From positions 77,996,001-78,060,000 of the forward strand of contig OZ024746.1 in the NCBI GenBank assembly GCA_964016885.1: a DNA stretch of 64,000 bases, written 5' to 3'. Shown piece after piece: positions 26,867-41,397 of the stretch. Position numbers and translations under genes: made by a program. The first letter of the stretch is position 1. Each line of letters begins with the position of its first letter. This DNA comes from Eledone cirrhosa. Its lineage: Eukaryota. The notes below the pieces were generated by a model, which had not been told where the DNA came from, searched no databases, and was given only the letters and a program-made list of their open reading frames with translations.

Positions 26867-27031
26867 TATACACACGCACACGCACACACATACATACATA
26901 TTACATTATCACCGTTTTACCTCCATTTTTCAATGCTTGCATGGGTTAGACAGGCCTTTGTCAGCACAGCATCCCTCCACTTATTGTCATCTTCTCTGTG
27001 GGCTTTAGCTATTATTTGAGATCAGCTCTCA

Positions 27032-27085
<54 letters not shown>

Positions 27086-28805
27086 CACACAGACCCACAC
27101 ACAATCATTCATGTCCATTCTCAAGAGAAATCAAGATGCATGTATTTTTTCTGTTTTTTTCAATACACTTATTTAAGAAACACATATATTATATATAATT
27201 CAGAGTCGTGATAAACATCTGTAAGCATCAAACAAGTCATTAGCAATGTCTGCTAGTCTTTTTTTATTCCAGATTTTAAAAAAATGTCTGAACAGTTATG
27301 ATATTGAACATAGGTATTACAAATCAAGAATTGATAAATGTATTTTGTTGATGATTGTATTGTCTGAAGGGCAGATATTTGAGTCCATTTATGAGAAAAA
27401 CACCCCCAAAATATGAGATTAAATGAGGTTATGCTTGTGCATTGTGAGGCGTGGGAATATATTTTCATGCTAAATCCTTCATCATTATTATCGTTATTTA
27501 ATGTCCATTTTCCAAGCTAGCATGGGTTAGACATGTTGTCCCATTGCAGGCAAATTGGGTCAGGTGCCTGTGAGTTGCTTGTATAGAACTGTTTCTGGCT
27601 TGGTTTTTACAGCTAGATACCCTTCCTAACACCAACCACATTTACAGTGTGGACATCAGAAAAAACAAAAGAAAATGCATATCCTTGACGAAGGGAAGCT
27701 TTGTACAAAACATTAGATTAGATCTTTTTTTGTTTTTTTCCCAATACCACTAGCATATTTGAGTGTTTAAGAAGTTCACAGTCATAGGAATCCAAGTTGA
27801 ACCCAAGCTTTGTGAGTTTAATTGGGGAGATGGGAGAGTGTGTGGAAGTCTGTTGGGTTGATTGTACCTGTAATTCAAATATCCAGACTAATTTATGCTA
27901 AGAATTACATGAAGTGAATGTGTGTCTTTGAAATACACGGACATCATCATCATCATTGTATCATTTAACATGTGTTTTTCCTTGCTGGAATGGATTGGCT
28001 GGGTTGTCACAAACCATGTCAGTACATAATTGGAGCTACTATCCCCCAGTTGGCCTGGTTTTAGCATGGTTTCTGAAGCTGGATGCCCTTCCTACCACCA
28101 ACCACTTTACAGTGTGTACTGGGCGCATTTTATCATGGCAACAACACTATGGAGGTTATCGTGATTGACACAACCAAAGAATCCTCTCCACTTTTTGTTT
28201 GGCATAGTTTCAATGGCTGGTTCCTATCCTAACATCACTTTACAGAGAGTGAGTGCTCAGGGTACATGTTATTGTGGCACCTGCACTAAGGACATTGCCA
28301 TGTCATTGACACACCTTAAGAGTCCTATTAACCCGCTTATTTGGCATGGTTTCTCTGAAAAATAAGATAGAGATATGAGTGCACAGCTCTTCCTCCTGGC
28401 TAAGCTATATAATGAATAAACCAAAATTGTTATACTCTTCAAAATAGATTCTGCCTTCTAAAGTAGAAAGTAAAAAAGAAATAATAGTTTTTTTTTCTTT
28501 TTCTGATAAAAACTGAAATAGGCAGTGAATATTTAGCAAATGTAGAATACCAGAATGGAAAGTGCTGAAGAGGAGGAAAAATAACATGATGCAGAAGAGT
28601 AAAAGAAGGATTTTTTTAGAAATGTTGTGGATTGAAGGGTTTCTTGTATTTGCTTTGTTGTATGTCAATATATATATATATATACACACACACATATATA
28701 TATATACATACATACATATATATATACACACATATATACATACATATATACATACATATATACATACATACATATATATATATACACACACATATATATA
28801 TATAT

Positions 28806-28838
<33 letters not shown>

Positions 28839-28912
28839 TACATACATACGTACATACATACATACGTACGTATGTATGTATGTATGTATGTATGTGTGTA
28901 TGTGTATGTATA

Positions 28913-28945
<33 letters not shown>

Positions 28946-29378
28946 CATCATCATCATCATCATTTCATTTTACGTCCGCTTTTTCCCTGCAGCAACATCA
29001 TCAACATTATCATCAGTTATTTTTTTCGAGAGCCACCTTTAAATTTTAACATCAGCAAAATAAAACCCAAATGATTTGCAACAGTAATTTCTATCTACCA
29101 TTTCATTTCATTTCATTTTATTTTCCTTTCCTTTTCTTCTTTCTTATCTTGCTTTCTTTCTTTCGTTTCTCCATTTCTTTTCTTTTTTTTTTTATCTCCA
29201 TTTGTCTCTCTCCATTGTATTTAAATATCAAATAAATTTCTGGCTTATTAATTCATGTACTTGAGAATATATTATATATAAAACTAATATATTTTAAAGT
29301 GCTCTTTGTTGGTTGGACAGTGTACTCAGATCCAGACAAACTCAAGTGCATAACTCAATGTATCATTATGTATATATA

Positions 29379-29416
<38 letters not shown>

Positions 29417-29559
29417 GTGCATATGTGTGTGTGTGTGTGTGTGCGTATCTATGTATATGTGTGTGTGATTATATATATATGTGTTTGCGTATCTGTATAT
29501 ATATATTATATATATATACGTACATACATACATATATATACATACATACACACACACAC

Positions 29560-29628
<69 letters not shown>

Positions 29629-29879
29629 CATACATATATATACAAACATACACACACACATATGTATATATATATATATATATATATGCATACTATATAT
29701 ATATATATACGGCAAATTGGCAGAGACGTTAGAACATCAGATAGAATGCTTCATGGTATTCATTTTGGTTTTCTGCTCTCTGAGTTCAAATCCCGTTGAG
29801 ATCAACTTTGCCTATTGCCAGTTTGAGGTTGATAAAAAAGTACCAGTCTAGTACTGGGGTCAATTCTTCCTCTAATATC

Positions 29880-30155
29880 ATCATCATTTCATTTTACGTC
29901 CGCTTTTTCACTGCTTGCAAGGGTGGGACGGGAACTGATTCTGGCTTGATTTCTACAGCTGGATGCCCTTCCTAACACCAACCTCATTTACAGTGAGTGC
30001 TGGGTGCTTTTTTGCTGTGGCACCTACACGACCACTTTGCAGTGGAATGATAAGGACCCCAGTCCCTATCATCTCATTTCTACAGCTGAGTAAACTGGAG
30101 CAATGTGAAATAAAGTGTCTTGCTCAAGGAAACAACACTAAGCCATGTGCCTCCA
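29880..30155 (-). mobile_element. SINE family B with internal deletion in the head
   Basis: Matches 19770-20104 but joins AACAACAC directly to TAAGCC, i.e. a deletion between short CAC microhomologies. Confidence 0.88.
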
Positions 30156-30289
30156 TATATATATATATATATATAAATGATAGTAATGATATATATGCAT
30201 ATATGAAAGGTGTATGCCAGGGAATCTGCTATGATGTTTGCTAACATGTTCATTGAAGTCACCAGCTGCGCTAATGAGGTCATCTGTCA

Positions 30290-30672
30290 TTGAGGAAGTC
30301 TGTAGAAGAGCCTCATAGAAATGGTTCTTTTATTGTCTGCAAATCCAGCTTGAAGGGTGTATGCAGATATTATAGTGGCTGTAGTATTGCCCAATGCTAG
30401 TCTAAGTTTAATTACCCTATCACTTATTCCGACTACCTGGTCTACCCATCTCTCAGCAAGGAGCATTCTTATTCCACTCACCCCATTATTGCTCCCACCC
30501 AGAAGAATTTGTACCGTTGGTCTTTGCCTATGATGTGATGAGCCTGGCTGGAGTACCCCTCCACTATACCAATTGCTGACAGCACACATCTACTTGTCTC
30601 TTCGCTAGCATCTCCATAATCTCACCACACTTACATTTCATTGTTCCGACATTGATAGGAGCAAATCTTAAG
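30290..30672 (-). mobile_element. RTE-clade LINE AP-endonuclease fragment, decayed
   Basis: Translates LRFAPINVGTM...GEIMEMLAKRQVDVCC, then GIRMLLAERWVDQVVGISDRVIKLRLALGNTTATIISAYTLQAG. Confidence 0.85.
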
Positions 30673-31225
30673 TTCTGAATATGATGATAAGGAGACCGCA
30701 TGTCTGTGTGTCATGCTATTTTCATGAACCCGAGTTGTAGAAGGACTGAGCAACAGCTTGGTGATAATCGGGATTTACAAGCATGTTGGTTCTTTATTGT
30801 GCATTGTATTGTGTAGTTTTCTATGACTACTCAATGTTTCTTGACTAAATGAAACTCTAGAGTAACAGTTAGGCTGCTTCTTGGCAAAACAAAGTCTAGG
30901 ATAACATCTAAATTTGAAAATTGTATGCTAAGATTTTCAGTATATTTGTGAAAAACATGCTAAAAGAAGAGGATTTAAAAGTTTACAGTAACAGTTATGT
31001 TGCTTCTTGGTGAAATGAAGTCTGGAGTAATGTTTAAGTTTGAAAATGTATGCTAAGACCGAAAAGAGGAGAGGATTTATATTTGAACCTATACAAATCT
31101 TATGATATAAATTTTGGTGGCCTACTGTAACTCGAATGCTGGCATATCCCAGGCATCTTGCACAATTACATATTGTAGTGAAGTGTAAAATCAGACACAC
31201 ACACACACACACACACGCACGCACG

Positions 31226-31284
<59 letters not shown>

Positions 31285-31285
<1 letters not shown>

Positions 31286-31655
31286 ATCACCGTTTTACGT
31301 CCCTTCTTCCACACTTGCATGGGTTAGACGGGTTGTCCTGTTGTGGGCAGTGTCCAGTCGGCTGACCTTGTCTTGCTCATACGGGAACTGATTCTGGCTT
31401 GATTTCTACAGCTGGATGCCCTTCCTAACACCAACCTCATTTACAGTGAGTGCTGGGTGCTTTTTTTTGCCGTGGCACCTCCACGACCACTTTGCAGTGG
31501 AATGATAGGGATCCCAGTCCCTATCATCTCATTTCTACAGCTGAGTAAACTGGAGCAATGTGAAATAAAGTGTCTTGCTCAAGGAAACAACACATCACCC
31601 GGTCTGAGAATTGAACTCACAACCTTTCGATTGCAAGCCCAATGCTCTAACCACT
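31285..31655 (-). mobile_element. SINE family B, longer-tail variant
   Basis: Same head and CORE as 19770, with an extra ~55-nt segment before the CATGGGTTAGACGG-type tail. Confidence 0.88.
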
Positions 31656-31699
31656 ATATTTATATTTATATATATATATATATATAAATGATAGTGATG

Positions 31700-31736
<37 letters not shown>

Positions 31737-31738
31737 AT

Positions 31739-31927
31739 AACGAAGGAAATGTGGTAAGGAACCAGGTGGACCATAACGCACCAAAGTACTCAATACTTGG
31801 GCTAGTAGAGTGGGTAATAGGAACCAGTAAGACCCCGACGGCTGAGCTCAAGCCGTTTCGACGGCTAATTCTGGACTTAGCCGTCAAAACGGCTTGAGCT
31901 CAGCCGTCAGTGTCTTACTGGTTCCTA
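31739..31927 (-). mobile_element. Fold-back element family P, copy 1, in (TA)n
   Basis: Hairpin TAGGAACCAGTAAGAC...GACGGCTAA-TTCTGGAC-TTAGCCGTC...GTCTTACTGGTTCCTA. Homologous to 49284 and 57361. Confidence 0.85.
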
Positions 31928-32214
31928 TATATATATATATATATACACACACACATGCACACACAGATAGCTGATGGTATTGATGATTATTATTATTGTT
32001 GTTGTTGTCATTGTCTTCATGTTTTGAAAAAAATATGCTTTGGGTTTTATTATTTTCTTCTTTATTGTTGGTTTGTTTGCTTCATTCTTTGTTCTTTTTC
32101 TGGTCTTCTTCCTGCCCATTAGTTTTTTAGTATTGACATACTCCTCTTCCTTTCGATACTTCATTCCCAGGCCACACATGTAAAGATATAATGTTAAAGA
32201 AATGTCTCTATCTC

Positions 32215-32257
<43 letters not shown>

Positions 32258-32862
32258 GTCTCTGTCTTTATACAATATTCATATGCACCTAAACACTAAT
32301 CAATACATTCATATTCATATTCATATATATATATGTGTGTGTGTGTGTGTGAATGTATGTATGTATGTATGTATGTATGTATGTATATGAAAGCAAATGG
32401 TAGGGCAAAATGGAGCCGCTTGTTATGAGGTCTGCAAAGCTAACCCCTGCTTCAGCAGAAAAAAATGCTTGGCATGCATATATATATAAAAACAGTCTTG
32501 GCGCAAAATCAATTTATTACATTCACATGACCTCTACCGACCAATCAAAATTGTTTTGACCACAAGAATTTTTGCAAATTGGAGCCACTTTTTTAACATA
32601 AAAACAGGTAGAATTCCCCAAACTAATCAGATCAGAGCAAACAGCACGGACACTCTATCTCAAAATTATTTTTGAAAAGCATTTAGAAATGCGCAACCGG
32701 TAAAAACTTAAAAACACAACTGAATACTAACCCATACAATCACTAATACTCTTTTATTCCTAATTAAACCATTTTTCAACTGTGAACAATTTGTCAGCAT
32801 TTTCTATTCCGTTTACCAATATATATATATATATATATATATACATTTTTGGGGAGAGCCTG

Positions 32863-32896
<34 letters not shown>

Positions 32897-32897
<1 letters not shown>

Positions 32898-33262
32898 CTT
32901 CAAAATATTAATAAATATAGACATTCATGTGATCAAATATACAGCTTTCAGAGGTACTGAGCTATTTCAACAGTACGTCCTCATCAGATAAAATAAGTTG
33001 ATGCCTCACATACCTTGACTACGTTGATGGTTATATTACTGAATTATAACCATCAACATAGTCAAGGTATGTCAGGCATCAACTTATTTTATCTGATGAG
33101 GACGTACTGTTGAAATAGCTCAGTACCTCTGAAATATGTATATTTGATCACATGAATGTCTATATTTATTAATATTTTGAAGTAATATTAATAACTCCAG
33201 AAAACCTTTTGTAGAGTGCTTCTAATCTATTGTGAAACTTTATTCATTGATTAATTCATTGA

Positions 33263-33267
<5 letters not shown>
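32897..33267 (+). mobile_element. Fold-back Penelope-like element remnant with near-perfect 139-bp arms and hammerhead-like core
   Basis: Arms 32897-33035 and 33045-33183, 9-nt loop, about 4 mismatches. CTGATGA-(stem GTACTG/CAGTAC)-GAAA at 33093-33134 and mirrored on the minus strand. (TA)n on both sides. Confidence 0.8.
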
Positions 33268-33294
<27 letters not shown>

Positions 33295-33297
<3 letters not shown>

Positions 33298-33391
33298 TGT
33301 CCCCAAAAATGTATACACACTTTGATTACCTGAACAGGAAATATTTATTAGAATACTATTGAAGTGTTTATACATTTTTTGGGACACCCTG
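33295..33391. mobile_element. Tc1/mariner-type MITE
   Basis: TA|CAGTGTCCCCAAAAATGTATACACACTT...AAGTGTTTATACATTTTTTGGGACACCCTG|TA. Confidence 0.8.
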
Positions 33392-33403
33392 TATGTGTGT
33401 GTG

Positions 33404-33436
<33 letters not shown>

Positions 33437-33482
33437 ATGTTTAGCTTCATCTCCAAAGAATAGGAATACATGCAGTGTTAAA

Positions 33483-33514
<32 letters not shown>

Positions 33515-33803
33515 TGTGTGCATGTACACACTTCCATATTGAAGGAATTAATGCAAATGGCAACAATGTTCTCTATGATAGAACATTCTAGTTGCAAGTA
33601 TTTTATTGTCATTATTAGAAGTTACACTAAAAGACAAGATAAAAGAAGTCAATGCAAGAGAGAGAAAGTATGAACATGATGACATTTAGAAAAGTATAAG
33701 CCGACATTTGGTTAGTTACACCAGTGGTTCCCATATGGTTTTTTACTCATTACACACCTTACTAAAATTATTTAATGTTAACAGTCATATTAGTATGCAT
33801 TAA

Positions 33804-34037
33804 CCCTTTAGCATTTAAACTGGTCATATCCAGCTAGAATTCTCTCACTTCTTTCTGTTCAAACCGGCCATAACTGGCCACTCATACTAATGTTAAGGTA
33901 TTGTTCTGAAAAATAAATAACATCAAAATCTCATAGATTTGATATTATGTGAGATAAAGCCTTTACCACAAAAATACAATAGTATACATAGAGTAAAAAT
34001 ATAATAGTATACATAGAGTAATGTAAATGCTAAAGGG
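33804..34037. mobile_element. piggyBac-type MITE, complete
   Basis: TTAA|CCCTTTAGCATTTA...TAAATGCTAAAGGG|TTAA. Confidence 0.9.
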
Positions 34038-34273
34038 TTAAATAAATTGTGCACCAAATTGATTAATCTTTTGGGAAATATATAAATTTGATATGTTTAC
34101 ATAACTATATATTCATTGTGAATGTATGTGGTCACAAGTTTGATTCCTGGCAGTGCATTGCGTTCTGAAACAAGATACTTTATTTCACTTTGCCCCAGTT
34201 CACTCAGCTGGGAAAAAATGTTCAGGTTTGTCAGACACTGTGTTACATTGTATCTGCTTGAGAACTACCTTGA

Positions 34274-34644
34274 CCCTTTAGCATTTAAACCAGCCATTTC
34301 CAGCCAGATTTCTCTCACCTCTTTCTGTTCAATCTGGCTGTAACTGGTTCCTCATACCGAAGTTATGCTATTTTCTCAAAATGGTATGGTTCTATAACTC
34401 CTGATAGAGGGTGCCGCATTGAATTGACATACAGAATTCCTTGGGCATTTTAAGCCTGACGGAGCCCATCCTTCTCTAGGCCTGAATACAGCAGATTTCG
34501 TCCAGAGAAATATAGAAAGTGAGAGAGCAGACATGGTTCTCAAAATAAATGATATCAAAGTCTCATAGATTCGATCTTATGTGAGGTAAAACCTTTACTG
34601 TGAAATTACAATAGTATATATAGAGTAATGTAAATGCTGAAGGG
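34274..34644. mobile_element. Same piggyBac-type MITE, inserted in a CORE-type SINE and itself carrying a ~140-bp insert
   Basis: CCCTTTAGCATTTAAAC...TAAATGCTGAAGGG. The insert is flanked by ATGGTTCT at 34386 and 34532. Confidence 0.85.
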
Positions 34645-35566
34645 TTGCGGGTACACTGTGGAAGAGTCCTTGTCAGATCCGATGGAGGTCCAACAACAAC
34701 TTACTCAATGTGTTTATTTATATAGAGATTTACACAGTCACAGTTAATCCTGAACTGTATATATTCAGATGTATATTTATTGCATGTATTAGTACAGTTA
34801 TTTATTGTATTCTCTTTCAATGAAAACCTTTCTGAGGAGGAAGGGGGAGGGACAGAGAGCGTGTGGGTGAGTGGAGAGAAGGTGGGGGATATTAATTACC
34901 TTGTATTTATTTCATGGAGTGGGAGTAAGCAGGGGTGAGGTAATGTCTAGTTGTTCTTATTAACTAAGTTAATAGTGGCTATCCAGTTCACTGGGTCTTA
35001 AATTACTTTGTTTAATTGACTATGTAGTTAGTACTGTGATTAAAACTTTTCTCTTTCTATTTGGTATGTAGTAGCAATGTTGGAGGAAATTGTTACTGTT
35101 GTTACTGTTGTTGTTGTTGTTAGGGTGTGTTGCAGGGTGGAGGATGTTATCAACAACAGTAATAAATGTTAGTAATTTTCCTTATGATAATTATGATAAT
35201 TTCTCCAGATTACTGAAGTGGAATGAGGGGGAAAGGAAAGAGAGAGGGAGGCATATAAATATATAGAAAGAAATAGACAGAAATATATAGAAAGAAATAG
35301 GCAGACAAACAGACTATATATATATATATACATACACACATATACACATATATACATACATACACATACACACATACATACATACATACATACATACATA
35401 CATACACATACACACATACATACATACATACATACATACATACATACATACATACATCTATACATACACACAGGCAGACAGACAGAGAAAATGTGTGGTG
35501 TTTAGATTAATTGGCTAATATTCTTCCTGACAGCAGAATAATAGCTTTATATATATATATATATAA

Positions 35567-35668
<102 letters not shown>

Positions 35669-35669
35669 T

Positions 35670-35748
<79 letters not shown>

Positions 35749-35822
35749 ATACATACATATATATATATATTTATATATATATATATACATACATACATAT
35801 ATATATATTTATATATACATAC

Positions 35823-35873
<51 letters not shown>

Positions 35874-36294
35874 AAAGGTATTCCGCCACTAAATAAACAT
35901 CTAAAGCTATGAAGAAGAATTCTCTAGAAGCAATGTTTTTTTTTGTTTTGTTTTGTTTGTTTATTTTTGTTTATCTTTAGGTTTTTAAATTGTGAAAGAG
36001 ATACTCTTCTGTATTCTATATCATATATCAGGCACTAGCATTTTATTATATTTTATTATATTATTATATCTTTATCTAATGATGGGGGATGGAGGTGGTA
36101 ATGAAAATGGTGGGTAATAGCATGGCACAAGTACTATGCCGTGTATGTGTGTGTGTGTGGGAAGGTGTTATGTATGTGTGTGTGTGGGAGGGTGTTGTGT
36201 ATGTGTAAAATTGTGTGTGTGAGTGTAGAAGTTGGAATGGGATGGGCGAATTGGTGGATAATGGCATGGCACCAATGCATATATACATATATCA

Positions 36295-36645
36295 TCATTT
36301 CATCATTTCATTTTACGTCCGCTTTTTCCCTGCTTGCAAGGGTGGGACGGGAACTGATGCTGGCTTGATTTCTACAGCTGGATGCCCTTCCTAACACCAA
36401 CCTCATTTACAGTGAGTGCTGGGTGCTTTTTTGCCGTGGCACCTCCACGACCACTTTGCAGTGGAATGATAGGGACCCAAGTCCCTATCATCTCATTTCT
36501 AGAGCTGAGTAAACTGGAGTAAACTGGAGCAATGTGAAATAAAGTGTCTTGCTCAAGGAAACAACACATCATCCGGTCTGAGAATTGAACTCACAACCTT
36601 TCGATTGCAAGGCCAATGCTCTAACCACTAAGCCATGTGCTTCCA
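36295..36645 (-). mobile_element. SINE family B
   Basis: Near-identical to 19770-20104, with an 11-bp internal duplication GAGTAAACTG(G). Confidence 0.9.
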
Positions 36646-36781
<136 letters not shown>

Positions 36782-36867
36782 TGTGGAAGTAACGTGTGGA
36801 GTTGGAGTCATTGGTGGGTAATATGGCGCAGTATAAGTAAGTTCTAGTCAGCATATGTATGTGTGTC

Positions 36868-37106
36868 TATGTAGGTGTCACAACAAAAAAACAAAAAACA
36901 CACACAGTCCATGTTGTAATGTGGCCGTGTAGGTAACACGGTAAAAACCTCCCAGTCCACACTGTAAACGTGGTTGGTGTTAGGAAGGGCATCCATCCGT
37001 AGAAAACCTGCCAGATAGTCCTATACGAGCAAGACAACCAATCTTGCCTCACGTGTGGGACAATTCCTGTCTAAACCCATGCAAGCGTGGTAGATAGACG
37101 TTAAAC

Positions 37107-37143
<37 letters not shown>
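36868..37143 (+). mobile_element. SINE-like family C (GGAAGGGCATCC domain + RTE-type tail + (GAT)n)
   Basis: Reverse complement of the copies at 43953, 62468 and 63273. Confidence 0.85.
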
Positions 37144-37356
37144 TGCGTATGTATATATATGTATGTATGTATATATATATATATGTGTATGTATGTATAT
37201 ATATATATGTATATGTATATATATATGTATATGTATGTATGTATGTGTGTGTATATATATATATGAATATGTATGTATGTATATGTATATGTATGTATAT
37301 ATATATATGTATGCCTGTATATACGTATATGTATGTGTGTATATATGTATGTGTGG

Positions 37357-37397
<41 letters not shown>

Positions 37398-37748
37398 GTG
37401 TGTGTGTGTGTGGAAGCGGATAATGGCACAGTAGACGTGCTAATCTGTATATATGTATATGTCTTTATATATATGTGTAAATGTGGGATGGATGAGGTGA
37501 AGGTAGGGTGTTCATACATATGTTTCTTTTATAGCATCAAAAAGCTAGTGATGAGGAATCTTAGCAGGTTATGCTGCTATCTTCTCTTTGCTTCTTCTTC
37601 ATTTTCTGAAGAACTTCTTGTTTGCACTGGATCTTCTTTTTGCTTTAATTGTCTCTCTAGTTAAATTAGTCATCCATGGTCACTTGGTTTTTCTTCTACT
37701 CTCTCTTATTATCTCATTCTCTCTATGTATGTATGTGTGTGTGTGTGT

Positions 37749-37789
<41 letters not shown>

Positions 37790-37950
37790 TACGTGTGTGT
37801 GAGTACAGACACACTCATATGCACACATAGCTACATATATACATACATATATATACACACATATATATATAGAGAGAGAGATTTATATATATGCACACAC
37901 ACACATATATATATGCACACACACACATATATATACACACACACACACAC

Positions 37951-38076
<126 letters not shown>

Positions 38077-38717
38077 CAGTGAATGAAACAGATATGAAAA
38101 TCATAAAAGCATTAAATAATAAAAATAACATCACCACCACAACCAACAACAACAAGAATAATGCCAAAAGTAGCAACAGCAACAAGCTTTAAAGTCATTA
38201 ATTTTCTTTACACTTATTTTTGATGTTGTTGGCGGTTTTTTTTTTGTTTTTTTTTTTTGCCTCCTGTATGGTATGAAAATTTATCTGTCATAAAAGAGTC
38301 CCATTAACTGTGTAGAAAATGGCCCTTCACCACTGAACTGGAACTAATATATAGCATAAACATTGGCAGCTACAGGAATTGTTAAATTAAAATTAGTCAT
38401 ATTCTTCTCTCATCCTTGCTCCACCCCTCTTCTGCAGCACCCCACCCTTTACTTCACCCCCCACAGCACCTCACTCCATTCTTACTCACTGTCTCTTTCC
38501 CCCTCACACCTCTAACATATACACAGGCATCTACACTCAATCTCCTGTGTGTGTATATATATATATATATGTATATGTATATGGATGTATATATATGTGT
38601 ATATATGTATATGTGTATATATATGTATGTATATGTATATATATGTGTATATATATATAATTATATATATTGTATATGTATGTATATGTATGTAAATATA
38701 TATGTATATATATATAT

Positions 38718-38749
<32 letters not shown>

Positions 38750-38955
38750 GTGTGTATATATATATATGTATATGTGTGTATATATATGTATATGTATGTT
38801 ATATATATATATATATATATGTATATGTGTATATATGTATATGTATATATATGTAATATATATATATATATATGTGTGTGTGTATATATATATATATGTG
38901 TATATATATATGTGTATATGTATATATATGTGTATATATATGTATATATATGTGT

Positions 38956-39003
<48 letters not shown>

Positions 39004-39017
39004 GTATATATATGTGT

Positions 39018-39086
<69 letters not shown>

Positions 39087-39112
39087 AATATATATGTATA
39101 TGTATATTATTG

Positions 39113-39175
<63 letters not shown>

Positions 39176-40079
39176 CACACATGTGCCTCAGACTCCAAGC
39201 TAAGAAGATGAAAGCTACGTAAGCTCTTTTTTTTTTCCTTTCTAAAACATAAACAAAAACAAACACATTTTTGCTGAATCTGGCAACCAATGTGTTGAGA
39301 TTTCCCTCCCCCCTCCCCCTTCCTCATCTTCAGTGTCATCTTCTTCGTCATCATCATTATTCCTGTGTATATGTAGAGAAAGTTATCTGACGTTGTTCTT
39401 TTTATGTTTTTTTTTAATTCTATTTTTATATTTAGTTACTGACAGTAGGGTTATTCCTTCCCTCCACCCCTCGTTTCTATTTAGTTATTTTTTTCCCAAA
39501 ATCTTTTTCATTTTGCAGGCAGATTTCTTTTACATAATCCATTAATACATACATGGACAGAGAAAGGCTCTCTTTGCAGTATATGAACCACCAAAACACT
39601 CCCTTAATCCTCTCTCTCTCTCTCTCTCTCTCAATAGTTTTTACTACAGTGCAGTAAGAAAACAATGCAATCCCAAAAGGAGACCAGCCGAACTCATAGA
39701 TGTTATCGAACCATCTTGCTCAGGCCCTACTCCTGAGTCTCTTGTCAGTTTCTTTTGCCTGTATAATCTGTCCAGCAATTGTTTTCTGCGACATTCTAAC
39801 CACATGTCTGTAGTATTGGAATGGCGATCTCTCAATTAAAAACATATTTTCACTAACAATATGTATGCACCAGAAGCAATACTATAAACATTTGAATTAA
39901 CAAGCTCATTTTTAGACAATTTCTGTTGAATCATTGTGTTAAACCATTGTTTTCTGGGTGTTAAGAGTTTACACCCATGAAATCAAGATAAGTTCAGGGA
40001 TTTGTTCAACTCATGCTGGCATAGAAAAATGACTGTGATATGATATCTTTAAACTGTAACTCATGTCAATAGATAGGTA

Positions 40080-40690
40080 TATCTATTGGGTCTTCATTGA
40101 CTTCCATGATGAGCGAGCCAGTTGTTTGATCAATAGAATATCCTGCTTGTGAAATTAATGTGGAATATAGTATGTGACAAGGCTGACTCTTTGAATTACA
40201 AATATAGTCCAGCTTATATTACAGTGTAAGTGGCTGAGCATTCTACAGACACGTGTACCCTTAATCCTTTAGCGTTTACATTACTCTATATATACTATTA
40301 TATTTTCACGGTAAAGGCTTTAATTGACATAATATTGATGTATGAGATTTTGATATTTATTTTGGGAATAATACCTTAAAATCAGTATGAGCAGCCAGTT
40401 ACAGCCAAGTTGAACAGATAGAGGTGAGAGAATTCTGGCTGGATATGACTGGTTTAAATGCTAAAGGGTAGATTTCAGCTATCAGGGAGATTTCAGCATG
40501 ACACAGTGTGGGACAAGTATGTCACTTTGAATTACAAATAGAACTCATTTTGTTTTCCCCCACTTGAATGGATTGGAGCACCATGAAACAGAGTGTCATG
40601 CTCAAGGACATAGTGCTCTGCCAGGTTCAGGAATCAAAGTCATGACCTTAAAGTCATGACTCCAAACACGCTAACCACTAAGCCACATAG
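40080..40690 (-). mobile_element. CORE-type SINE containing the piggyBac-type MITE (about 40265-40468)
   Basis: GTGTACCC|TTAA|TCCTTTAGCGTTTACATTACTCT...AAATGCTAAAGGG, followed by CORE and tRNA-head remnants. Confidence 0.75.
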
Positions 40691-40718
40691 CTGACTGAAT
40701 TTATATATATGTATGTAA

Positions 40719-41090
40719 AAGTTAAACAGAAATAACAACACAATAGGTACAGTATATGGAAGGAATATATTAGGTTAACACTTGAAATAGCAGGAAGAGG
40801 GTCTTAACGTTTCAGACGCTAGTCCTTCATCAGAAAAAAGATTGAGAAATTAGAAAGATTGAAAAGACGGGTGGGTTGGAATGACCAACTGAATACAAGT
40901 GTGGGTTTTTTTTCTCATTTTCCCTCTTCCTTCCTCTTATAACTTCTATCTATCTTCTATTTCTAACTCTATCTTCTGATGAAGGACTAGTGTCCGAAAC
41001 ATTAAAACTCTCTTCTTGCTATTTCAAGTGTTAAACTAATATATTTCTTCCATGTACTGTGCCATTTGTTTTGTTATTTCTGTTTACCTT
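40719..41090. mobile_element. Inverted-repeat Penelope-like remnant with two opposed minimal hammerheads
   Basis: Arms about 40719-40835 and 40974-41090. Consensus TCTT-CTGATGA-A-GGAC-TAGC-GTCC-GAAAC-GTT-AAGA. (TA)n on both flanks. Confidence 0.85.
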
Positions 41091-41333
41091 ATATATATAA
41101 CTGCTTTTTTTATGTAACTATTTCAGGTTAGTTCAAATATAAACTACCACACCTCCGCCCCAACCTCCCCTCCACCCCTTTAAATTTCCATATCTTGTTT
41201 GTTGTTTTATAGAACTTTTACTCTTTTATTTCAATGTTTTTTGTTTGTTTTCTTTATTTTCTGTCTCTGTTTTATCTTCTCACGCACTGTGGAAAACTAT
41301 CCATTCAGAACAGATTGGGGCATTGTTTGTCTA

Positions 41334-41381
<48 letters not shown>

Positions 41382-41397
41382 TATGTACAAGATGTAC

